A DNA stretch of 46,769 bases, from positions 1 to 46,769 of the forward strand of contig PNNR01000063.1 in the NCBI GenBank assembly GCA_013824375.1, given 5' to 3'. This DNA is from Clostridiales bacterium. GTDB lineage: Bacteria; Bacillota; Clostridia; Christensenellales; CAG-138. Made by a program: the position numbers and the translations under genes. Within the stretch, counting starts at the first letter, position 1, and the number at the start of each line of letters is the position of its first letter. Below are positions 38,888 to 46,769 of this stretch, in pieces. Below the pieces are notes generated by a model. The model did no database searches, was not told where the DNA came from, and saw nothing but the letters and a program-made list of their open reading frames with translations.

Positions 38888-40297
38888 ATGGCAGCTCAAT
38901 CGGAGAAACCTTCCTGGTATACAATGGATTCGGTCGTAACGCTCTGCAAAGGGCGCGGCTTTGTCTACCCCGGCAGCGAGATCTATGGCGGACTCGCAAA
39001 CAGCTGGGACTACGGCCCGCTTGGTGTGGAGTTTAAGAATAATATCAAACGCGCATGGTGGAGAAAATTTGTACAGGAGTCGCCCTACAACGTCGGCATG
39101 GACGCGGCGATCCTAATGAACCCCGAAACCTGGGTGGCAAGCGGACACGTCGGCGGGTTCTCCGATCCGCTGATGGATTGCAAGAGCTGCCGCGCTCGTT
39201 TTCGCGCGGATAAGCTTATCGAGGACTATGTCGCCGAGCACAACCTCTCCAACGTGCATCCCGACGGTTGGACGAACGCGCAGATGGAAGCGTTCATTTC
39301 GGAAAATGGCATTGCCTGCCCCGAGTGCGGCAAGACGGACTTCACGGGCATCCGCAAGTTTAATTTGATGTTTAAAACATTCCAGGGCGTCACGGAAGAC
39401 ACGGCATCCGAGCTGTATCTGCGCCCTGAAACCGCGCAGGGCATCTTTGTCAATTTCAAAAACGTGCTGCGCACCACGCGCAAGAAGCTGCCGTTCGGCA
39501 TCGCGCAGGTCGGCAAATCCTTCCGCAACGAGATCACGCCCGGCAACTTCATCTTCCGCATCCGCGAGTTTGAGCAAATGGAGCTGGAGTTCTTCTGCAC
39601 GCCCGGCACCGACCTCGAATGGTACCGTTACTGGAAGGATTACTGCCACAAGTTCCTGCTTGCCCTTGGCATGAAGGACGAGAGCATCCGCCTCCGCGAG
39701 CACGCGCAGGAAGAGCTTTCGCACTATAGCAAGGGCACCACGGATATCGAGTTCATGTTCCCATTCGGCTGGGGCGAGCTCTGGGGCATTGCCGATCGCA
39801 CGGATTTCGACCTCAAGAGCCACGCCGACCACAGCGGCGAGAACTTTGAATACCTCGATCCATACACCAACGAGAAGTTCATTCCATATTGCGTGGAGCC
39901 GTCCCTCGGCGCAGACCGCGTCGCGCTCGCGTTCCTCTGCAACGCCTACGAGGAGCAGGAGCTGGAAGGCGGAGATGTCCGTACCGTACTGCACCTGCAT
40001 CCCGCGCTCGCGCCGTTCAAGTGCGCGGTACTCCCGCTGAGCAAGAAGCTCAGCGATCAGGCGCAGGTCGTCTATGAGAAGCTCGCAAAGAAGTTCATGG
40101 TGGACTTCGACGAGACTGGCTCCATCGGCAAGCGTTACCGCCGCGAGGACGAGATCGGTACCCCGTACTGCGTCACCGTGGACTTTGAAACCGAGACCGA
40201 CGGCTGCGTGACGGTACGCGACCGCGACACGATGGAGCAGGTTCGCCTGCCGATTGACGAGCTTGCTAGCTACATCGAAGCACGGCTGGACTTTTAA
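38888..40297 (+). CDS. glyQS: glycine--tRNA ligase (homodimeric class II)
   Basis: 469 aa. [24 protein letters not shown] and [25 protein letters not shown] motifs. Confidence 0.95.
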   Translation: MAAQSEKPSWYTMDSVVTLCKGRGFVYPGSEIYGGLANSWDYGPLGVEFKNNIKRAWWRKFVQESPYNVGMDAAILMNPETWVASGHVGGFSDPLMDCKSCRARFRADKLIEDYVAEHNLSNVHPDGWTNAQMEAFISENGIACPECGKTDFTGIRKFNLMFKTFQGVTEDTASELYLRPETAQGIFVNFKNVLRTTRKKLPFGIAQVGKSFRNEITPGNFIFRIREFEQMELEFFCTPGTDLEWYRYWKDYCHKFLLALGMKDESIRLREHAQEELSHYSKGTTDIEFMFPFGWGELWGIADRTDFDLKSHADHSGENFEYLDPYTNEKFIPYCVEPSLGADRVALAFLCNAYEEQELEGGDVRTVLHLHPALAPFKCAVLPLSKKLSDQAQVVYEKLAKKFMVDFDETGSIGKRYRREDEIGTPYCVTVDFETETDGCVTVRDRDTMEQVRLPIDELASYIEARLDF

Positions 40298-40311
40298 ACT
40301 CCGACACACAA

Positions 40312-40346
40312 GCCCCCGCGTCCTGCGCGGGGGCAATTGTTTGTTT
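40312..40346 (+). terminator. terminator after glyQS
   Basis: GCCCCCGCG-TCCTG-CGCGGGGGC followed by a T-rich tract. Confidence 0.7.
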
Positions 40347-40396
40347 AACCGATTTTTGTGCATTTCACAGATTATATCGAATCGATAGGACACGAT

Positions 40397-42600
40397 ATGG
40401 CAGAGATTACCGGCGTCGTCAACTCCATCATCTACCGCAACAGCGAAAACGGTTGGACGGTTCTTGAGCTTTGTCCCGACGAGGGAGATAAGCTGACCGT
40501 CGTCGGCGCGCTGCCGTTGGCAAACATCGGCGAGCGATTGGGATTGACGGGCGAATTTTCCTCGCATCCGAAATACGGCAGCCAGTTTAAGGCGGTCGCC
40601 TATCACACCGTCGCGCCCGCGACGCTCTCCGCTATTGAGACTTATCTTGGCAGCGGGCTGATCAAGGGTGTGGGGCCTGCCACCGCGCGCGCGATTGTCG
40701 GTAGATTCGGCATGGAAACGCTCGCGGTGCTAGACGAAGACCCGCTGCGCCTCTCCGAAATCCCCGGCATCGGGCCGAAAAAACGCGATATGATCCTCGC
40801 GAGCTATCTGGAAAACCGGATGATGCGGGATATTCTGCTCGCGCTGGAACCTTACGGAGTGACTGTCAATCAAGCCTATAAACTCTATAAGATCTACGGC
40901 GAACTGTGCCTGGCGCGAATTGAGGAAGACCCGTACCAGATCATCAAGGATGTGGACGGCATCGGTTTCGTCACCGCAGATAAGATCGCGCAGAACGTCG
41001 CCGGATTTTCATTCGATTCCGAATCCCGCCTGCGCGCGGGGCTTCTTTATGCGCTCTCTACCGCCGCAAACGAATACGGGCACACCTATCTGCCAAAAAC
41101 ATCGCTGCTCAACTATTCCGTCAAGCTGCTCGGCGCTCCGGAAGATCGACTCGTCGATACGCTGGACAATCTGGTTGCGCACGGCGATGCGATCCAGCAG
41201 TACGTCGCCGAGACGGAAGCGGTGTTTTTGCCGTATTTTGACCGCATCGAAACCTACATTGCGGAAAAGCTTCTCAAGCTCTCGCAAAAGCCCGTCGAAA
41301 ACCCGTTCTTCGACTTTGCGGCGATTCAGGCCGCGCAAAAGCTGGAGCTTTCCGACCAGCAGCGCGGCGCCGTGCTCGCGGCGCTCCATGAAGGAGCGCT
41401 GGTCATCACCGGCGGCCCGGGCACGGGCAAAACAACCATCATCCGCTTCATCACCGCCATCATGGAGGAGATCGGATTGGAAGTCGCCTGACCGCGCCCA
41501 CCGGCAGAGCAGCCAAGCGCATGAGCGACGCGACAGGGCACGAGGCGAAGACCATCCATAGACTCTTGGAGTATGTCCCCGGCGAGGGTTTCCTGCGCAA
41601 CGCGGACGATCCGCTTTATGTGGACATGGTCATTGTGGACGAGATGAGCATGGTGGACGCCATGTTGATGAACGCGCTTCTTAAGGCGATTTCGATCGGC
41701 ACGCGCCTCATCCTCGTAGGGGATGCTGACCAGCTGCCCTCCGTCGGCGCGGGAGACGTGCTGCGGGATATCATCAGCAGCGAAACCATCCGCGTCGTGC
41801 GACTCGACGAAATCTTCCGTCAGGCGCAGTCGAGCATGATCGTTACCAACGCGCACCGCATCAACACGGGCTTTGCTCCCCTGCTGGACGTTCCGGAGAG
41901 CGACTTTTTATTCGAAGAGATCGCCTCGCAGGATCGCATACTGGAGCGCATTCTGCACATCTGCACGCATCCGGGTCAGGTGCTCGACACGCGAGAGCCG
42001 CTGCTGGATGTGCAGATTCTGGCACCCATGAAAAAGGGCGTTCTGGGTGTCTATCACATTAACGCCAAGCTGCAAGCCGCGCTCAATCCGCCCGAACCGC
42101 ACAAGCGCGAACACATCAGCGGAGAGACCATCTTTCGCGAAGGCGACCGCATCATGCAGATGAAGAACAATTACAAGGTCGAGTGGCGCAAGAAGCTGCC
42201 CAACGGCGGCGTGGAGGACGGCACAGGCGCGTTCAACGGCGACCTCGGCACGATCTATCAGATCCACGAAAACGAGCGCTCGCTGAGCGTGATCTTCGAC
42301 GACGAGCGCCTTGCCGTATTCGACTATACGCACATCGACGAGCTGGAGCTTGCGTATTGCATCTCGATTCACAAGAGCCAGGGCAGCGAGTTTCCGATCG
42401 TCATTCTGCCGATGTTCGGTACGGCGTCACCGATGATGACGCGAAACCTCCTGTACACGGCGGTCACCCGCGCGAAGCGGCAGGTGGTCTGCATCGGCCG
42501 CAGGGACGCGTTGATGAGCATGGTCAACAACAACCGCACCGACCGGCGCTATACCGCGCTCTGCAGCAGGCTCAGTGAACTCAAAGGATTGGGCGTATGA
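40397..42600 (+). pseudogene. recD2: RecD2-type ATP-dependent helicase, reading frame broken by a 1-nt deletion at 41487/41488 (possible sequencing error)
   Basis: Part 1 ends ...[26 protein letters not shown]. The next frame continues [28 protein letters not shown]...VDEMSMVD...[21 protein letters not shown] would be intact as GTCGCCCTGACC. Confidence 0.88.
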
Positions 42601-43265
42601 CTTCGCTGCCGCATGATTCGCTTTGGAACAAACTTCTCGACGCGCTCTATCCGCCGGACGTCGCCTGCGCGCTCTGCGGGCGCGAAACGCTGTTGGGCGA
42701 AGATCGGCTATGCAGCGACTGCCGCGTGTCCCTCTCGCCCTCTCCCGTGCTCAGTTGCCCGCACGGGCTCGACGGCATCACGGCGGCTTATCGCTACAGC
42801 GGAGGTGCGAGAAACGGTGTGCGCGCGCTGAAGTATCAGAATCAGGTTCGGCTTGCGCCCTTCTTTGCAGACGCAATCACCCTTCCGGCAGACTGGCAGA
42901 TCGATTGTGTTGTACCCGTGCCGCTGCATCCGCTGAAGCAATGGCTGCGCTCGTATAACCAAAGCGACTATATCGCGCGGGAGCTCTGCAAGCGATATGG
43001 CATGCGGCAGCAGAACAATCTGTTGCGCCGTACACGATTTACCAGATCGCAAACGACGTTGAACGGATTTGAGCGTGCGAAGAATGTCTCGCATGCGTTT
43101 CTTGCTTCGCCGGACGCACGCGGACAAAACATCCTGCTCGTAGACGATGTGACCACGACGCACAGCACACTGCTCGCTTGTGCGATGGCACTGCGAAGAG
43201 CAGGAGCCGTTCGCGTCTACGCTGCCTGCGCGACCGCCGCGATGCATGACGCGGATAAGGAGTAA
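42597..43265 (+). CDS. comFC: ComF family protein (ComFC, phosphoribosyltransferase-like)
   Basis: N-terminal Cys pairs (CALCGRE...CSDC) and the PRTase motif [18 protein letters not shown] overlap with the recD2 stop. Confidence 0.85.
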   Translation: MTSLPHDSLWNKLLDALYPPDVACALCGRETLLGEDRLCSDCRVSLSPSPVLSCPHGLDGITAAYRYSGGARNGVRALKYQNQVRLAPFFADAITLPADWQIDCVVPVPLHPLKQWLRSYNQSDYIARELCKRYGMRQQNNLLRRTRFTRSQTTLNGFERAKNVSHAFLASPDARGQNILLVDDVTTTHSTLLACAMALRRAGAVRVYAACATAAMHDADKE

Positions 43266-43267
43266 AG

Positions 43268-43293
43268 CAAAAAGCCCGCAAAAAGCGGGCTTT
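43268..43293. terminator. bidirectional terminator between comFC and the lipoprotein gene
   Basis: AAAAAGCCCGC-AAAAA-GCGGGCTTTT. Confidence 0.75.
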
Positions 43294-43306
43294 TGATATG
43301 CGTGCG

Positions 43307-44428
43307 TCAGTTCAGCGAGTTGCGATACAGTTGCGCCATCTCAGGGATGGTACTCCAGCGTATGCTGCCCGCCTGCACATATTCGTCGATCATTTGCAGC
43401 CACTCCTCCAATCGTTCCATATCCACAGCCCCACCGAATGACCAAACCGCATAGAACGTGTTGACCTGCGAGCTGTCGCTTGCCGCGACAACAAGGGGAA
43501 GTGTTTCGCGCCAGGAGTCGATATCCATCTGTTCAAATTCCGATCCTAATACACTTTCGCCCTTCAGTTCTTCGTACGCACCATTCAAACTCAACCCTGT
43601 CGGAATCAGTAGCACTTCGCCTTCTGGGTCAGGGATGATCCAGTTCGATCCGTCGTCCATCAACCAAGGCTGTACGCGTTCCTCAACCTGGAACGGATAA
43701 GGTCCATGTCCAAGACCCGGATTTCGATACGGTTCAAATCCGTCCGGTCGCAGCGCGGGGTCAAGCGACCATAGCGCGTACTCGACGATGCAGGAAACAG
43801 TGTATATTTCCGCTTGTTCGCAGGCCTCTACCCAGTTTGCTTTGGAAGCTACGCCGGACGCAAACGATGCGTCTATTCCAAGCTGCTTCAGTTTACCCTG
43901 CATTTCGACAAGTGTTTCCGCGATGCTCTTCACCGTAGCGTTTTTGTCCCCGCCTGCGTCGGCATGAATACCGACCGCATGACCACGTTCCTGCATCTCT
44001 AGCAGCACATTATCGTTCCAGTTGATGCAGCCATCGATGATCTCCTTCGATTCCAGCGACATTTTCGCACCGTACTTCTCGAAAAGATCCGCATAATCTC
44101 GCAGTTGACTGGCGTGTCGAGAGAAACTCCTTTCGTTTGTTCCGTCTTCCCATCCTTCCAGATGCAACACGATGGTAAACTGCACGACGCCTTTCCCATC
44201 CGGTGCTGAAGTGGTGATTACTTCCGGTTTTATAGCCGGTGTAGCGATTGGCTCAATTGAAACGTCCGGAACAGTTTGTTCAGATTTAACTGGCGTTTCA
44301 GTTGTGATAACAACAGGCTTTTCCGTGGTGTTCGGGGGTTGGGCCGTTGGCTTTGGAGGGGCGCAAGACGAAAGCAGCAGCCCCAATGTAGCAATAGAAC
44401 AGATCACAACAATACGAAAGCGTCTCAT
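43307..44428 (-). CDS. putative secreted lipoprotein, unknown function
   Basis: MRRFRIVVICSIATLGLLLSSCAPPK carries a signal peptide with lipobox LSSC. A Thr/Pro-rich linker follows, then a ~300-aa domain I do not recognise. Start at 44428 follows AGGAGGG. Confidence 0.65.
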   Translation of the reverse strand: MRRFRIVVICSIATLGLLLSSCAPPKPTAQPPNTTEKPVVITTETPVKSEQTVPDVSIEPIATPAIKPEVITTSAPDGKGVVQFTIVLHLEGWEDGTNERSFSRHASQLRDYADLFEKYGAKMSLESKEIIDGCINWNDNVLLEMQERGHAVGIHADAGGDKNATVKSIAETLVEMQGKLKQLGIDASFASGVASKANWVEACEQAEIYTVSCIVEYALWSLDPALRPDGFEPYRNPGLGHGPYPFQVEERVQPWLMDDGSNWIIPDPEGEVLLIPTGLSLNGAYEELKGESVLGSEFEQMDIDSWRETLPLVVAASDSSQVNTFYAVWSFGGAVDMERLEEWLQMIDEYVQAGSIRWSTIPEMAQLYRNSLN

Positions 44429-44540
44429 ATGCCCTCCTGTTTCTATTTTCTTGATGCCAATAGAAGTTGTCCGATTCTGCATCTGTTTCTATAATCATCA
44501 TAATTCAGCACAGCTCTTTTGAAAAGTGCCTTGCATCACT

Positions 44541-44569
44541 AAAAAAGTCAAAAAGGCCATATTTGGCCT
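44541..44569 (-). terminator. weak terminator after the CynX-like MFS gene
   Basis: AGGCC-AAATAT-GGCCT followed by TTTTGACTTTTTT on the minus strand. The stem is short. Confidence 0.4.
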
Positions 44570-44596
44570 GCATTGACGATTTTATTCGTTATGTAG

Positions 44597-45820
44597 TTAA
44601 ATGTAGAGGTTTTTTCCCGCTTGTCTGCCAGAGAAGAAGATCGTTACGATCAATAATCCAACCAGCGCAAATGCAGTGTTCCAGTTTCCTGTCCAGTCGA
44701 AAAGCCCGCCGCCGAGAATCGGGCCAAGCGCGCCAAAGCCGTAACCCAGCGATTGTACCATGCCGGAGAGACTTGTGGCTCTGCCCGCTGTGCGCGTGCG
44801 CAGGCTGATAAGCAACATGCATAGGTTGAAGCAGGAACCCGTGGAGAAGCCATAGAGCATCACGCAGATTGTCAGCGGCACAACGGTTTTTGATAGTACC
44901 AACCCGCAGAGCGACGCGATATAGAACCCCGCTACAACTGAAATCAACCCGCGTTGATCTTTCAAGCGAATCGCAATCGCAGGGATGATGAACGCGGCCG
45001 GAATCGTCGTCAACTGGAACGCGAACGCGATATACCCGGCGGATTCCGGCGAAAGCCCTTTGAAGAGAGCGATACTCGGCAGCCACGCCGCGAAGAAGTA
45101 GAAAAGAAACGACTGCGCGCCCATCAGTATCGTCAGCCACCAAGCAAGCCCCGTACGCCAGACGGATTTGTCCGGTTCATGCGAAACTGTCAGCGTGTTC
45201 GTCTGCTGCAGAATCGATAGCTTTCTCTGCGGCAACCAGACGAGCAAGCCGATCAAAGCAAGCCCCGTCCAGACAGCGAGAGCATTGCGCCACCCCATGC
45301 CGGCGAGTTTGGAGAGCGGATAGCTCACCGCAGCGGAAACGGCAGCAAATGATGTCATCGATATTGTAAATGCACCTGTCGCAAGCCCTATCCGTTCCGG
45401 AAAGCGCGCCTTGATGATGCCCGGAACCAGCACGTTGCCGATCGCGATGCCTGCACCAAGAAGAAACGTGCCTGCAAACAGGCCGAAATTGCCGGCGAAG
45501 GAGCGGATACCTACACCGAGCAGAATCGCGATTACGGCGTAAAGCAGCGTCATGCCTGCGCCAAACTTGTCACTGATACGCCGCACGAACGGTGAGAGCA
45601 CTGCAAACATAATCAGAGGAATCGTGGTCAAAAGCCCAAACATACCGCTGGAGAACGGAAGTTCCCCCTTCATGGTTGGAACAAGCGGTCCAACAGCTGT
45701 GATCGGCGCACGAAGGTTCACCGCAACAAGGATCAGCCCGATGAATAAAAGCAGTTGAAATGGTCTCTGCTGAGATGTATTCTTTGTCAAAATATTGGAT
45801 CCCTTTCCGCGAGGTTTCAA
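44597..45820 (-). CDS. MFS transporter, CynX/NimT-like
   Basis: About 12 TM. VAVNLRAPITAVGPLVP near the N-terminus resembles the cyanate-permease-type MFS family. Only TTG starts are available (45820, or 45790 which follows GGAAAGGGA). Start uncertain. Confidence 0.78.
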   Translation of the reverse strand: MKPRGKGSNILTKNTSQQRPFQLLLFIGLILVAVNLRAPITAVGPLVPTMKGELPFSSGMFGLLTTIPLIMFAVLSPFVRRISDKFGAGMTLLYAVIAILLGVGIRSFAGNFGLFAGTFLLGAGIAIGNVLVPGIIKARFPERIGLATGAFTISMTSFAAVSAAVSYPLSKLAGMGWRNALAVWTGLALIGLLVWLPQRKLSILQQTNTLTVSHEPDKSVWRTGLAWWLTILMGAQSFLFYFFAAWLPSIALFKGLSPESAGYIAFAFQLTTIPAAFIIPAIAIRLKDQRGLISVVAGFYIASLCGLVLSKTVVPLTICVMLYGFSTGSCFNLCMLLISLRTRTAGRATSLSGMVQSLGYGFGALGPILGGGLFDWTGNWNTAFALVGLLIVTIFFSGRQAGKNLYI

Positions 45821-45852
45821 CGGTTTTCATTTTTTTCGTCATGATATGTGTG

Positions 45853-45895
45853 AAAAAAAGCGCACTCTCATCCGGTTGGAATGAGAGTGCGTTTT
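45853..45895 (-). terminator. terminator after tRNA-Ser
   Basis: Minus strand ACGCACTCTCAT-loop-ATGAGAGTGCG followed by CTTTTTTT. Confidence 0.7.
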
Positions 45896-45897
45896 CA

Positions 45898-45985
45898 TGG
45901 CGGAGGGCCAGGGATTCGAACCCTGGGTCCCTTTCGGGACACGGCATTTCGAGTGCCGCACGATCGACCACTCTGACAACCCTCC
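45898..45985 (-). tRNA. tRNA-Ser (anticodon CGA), class II with long variable arm, CCA encoded
   Basis: Reverse complement is GGAGGGTTGTCAGAGTGGTCGATCGTGCGGCACTCGAAATGCCGTGTCCCGAAAGGGACCCAGGGTTCGAATCCCTGGCCCTCCGCCA. Acceptor stem pairs 7 bp. Anticodon stem is CGGCA/TGCCG with loop CTCGAAA. Variable arm is GTCCC-GAAA-GGGAC. T-loop is TTCGAAT. I could not fold the D-arm cleanly by hand. Confidence 0.9.
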
Positions 45986-46006
45986 GAGAATGCTCGCGCA
46001 AAAGAT

Positions 46007-46035
46007 ATTATACTGAAATATTGATCAGATTGCAA
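46007..46035 (-). promoter_or_regulatory. sigma-70 promoter of tRNA-Ser
   Basis: Minus strand TTGCAA - 17 nt - TATAAT, about 20 nt upstream of the mature tRNA 5' end. Confidence 0.65.
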
Positions 46036-46132
46036 TGTTTTAGTTAAAAAAATGGGCATTCAATTACGCTAGATTTCACGTGTGCTATACTACACTCAAC
46101 CGGCAATGATGCCGTCAGATGGAGGGATTACC

Positions 46133-46600
46133 ATGACTGAAGATTTTGGGAAAAAGATTGAGAAGTTTGGTCAGGATATCTGGAAAAAGACGACCGGCGC
46201 AGTCGAGTCGATCAGTAAAAGCGCGGAAGTCGTGAACAAGCGGCGCGAACTGAAGGCGGTCTACGCAGACATAGGGCAACTGTTTACCAAGAAGCATCCC
46301 GCGCAGGCAAACGACGAGTTTGGCGACCTGACACAGAATGCCACCAGCTTAGAGAAAGAGATTGCTGATCTCGAAGCTCAAATTCTGGAGCAGCGCGGCA
46401 GTAAGAAATGCGTCGAGTGCGGTGAACAAATCCCGTACGCAGCTGCGTTCTGTTCTAAATGTGGCGCACCGCAGCCGAAACAGGAACCGGAACCCGCTGA
46501 AGAAGCAGAGGTTGTCGATGGCTGGGTATGCCCTGCCTGTGGGCAGGAAATGGGAAGCACAGATACATTCTGCTCTTCCTGCGGAGTCAAACGGCCTTAA
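46133..46600 (+). CDS. double zinc-ribbon protein with N-terminal coiled-coil region
   Basis: Two CxxC...CxxC ribbons (CVECGEQIPYAAAFCSKCG and CPACGQEMGSTDTFCSSCG). Start at MTEDFGKK follows GGAGGG. Confidence 0.65.
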   Translation: MTEDFGKKIEKFGQDIWKKTTGAVESISKSAEVVNKRRELKAVYADIGQLFTKKHPAQANDEFGDLTQNATSLEKEIADLEAQILEQRGSKKCVECGEQIPYAAAFCSKCGAPQPKQEPEPAEEAEVVDGWVCPACGQEMGSTDTFCSSCGVKRP

Positions 46601-46612
46601 ATGTAAACATCG

Positions 46613-46640
46613 GGAACGCTTGCAAGGCGTTCCTTTTTTT
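46613..46640 (+). terminator. rho-independent terminator after the zinc-ribbon gene
   Basis: GGAACGC-TTGCAA-GGCGTTCC followed by TTTTTTT. Confidence 0.75.
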
Positions 46641-46732
46641 GTTGCTTTGCACCGGCGCTTACCTCCGTCATGTCTTCAGTCAAGCGTTGCGCGCAATCCG
46701 GCTCGGGAACGGGAGAAAAGATAATTGTCAGG

Positions 46733-46767
46733 GATAGAAAAACAAAACGTCCGCGGTTGCGGACGTT
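46733..46767 (-). terminator. probable terminator of a minus-strand gene lying beyond the right edge
   Basis: AACGTCCGC-loop-GCGGACGTT. On the minus strand it is followed by TTGTTTTTC. Confidence 0.4.
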
Positions 46768-46769
46768 CT

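Noticed and set aside
40920-41561. 213-aa ORF in the third frame across the recD2 frameshift region, and ORF 42183-42578 inside recD2.
   Set aside because: These are alternative-frame ORFs within a recognisable helicase gene. The translations are Arg/Ser/Pro-rich with no motifs.

Overview
GC-rich (strong G/C at third codon positions) Firmicutes/Clostridia-type chromosomal segment, about 45 genes, almost all housekeeping. Left to right: a TetR regulator with a membrane protein; VanW; GtrA; a minus-strand block rpiR - BaiN-like flavoprotein - cmk - plsC - ispH/rpsA fusion; surE; udk; the ribosomal cluster rpmG-secE-nusG-rplK-rplA-rplJ-rplL; a tldD/pmbA pair; an MFS transporter; an M29 aminopeptidase; hpf. 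Next comes a purine-catabolism locus (guaD, mocA-like, hydantoinase/dihydropyrimidinase, adenine deaminase, xdhABC, an aminotransferase). After it: trpS, RNase P RNA, COG1579 zinc-ribbon protein, Nif3, trmK, mnmA, copZ, glyQS, recD2, comFC, a lipoprotein, a CynX-like MFS transporter, tRNA-Ser(CGA) and a double zinc-ribbon protein. I found no CRISPR array, transposase, integrase, toxin-antitoxin pair or recognisable defence operon, and I cannot point to a clear novel multi-gene system. The most unusual signal I can read directly is a recurring architecture. At four loci (rplL, adenine deaminase, xdhC, rnpB) the last 15-65 nt of a gene, stop codon included, recur a short distance downstream. In the three coding cases the copies differ mostly at synonymous positions. 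Second, three genes (cmk, ade, recD2) each carry a single-nucleotide deletion that splits an otherwise full-length reading frame. That points to assembly indel errors unless reads confirm it. Other items: SecE with a roughly 150-aa multi-TM N-terminal extension; a strong intrinsic terminator inside the leader of the aminotransferase gene (candidate attenuator or riboswitch); a trpS leader with no T-box but two identical GC hairpin modules; and rplL not followed by rpoBC. All calls rest on reading the sequence and recalled family motifs. No database search was run.
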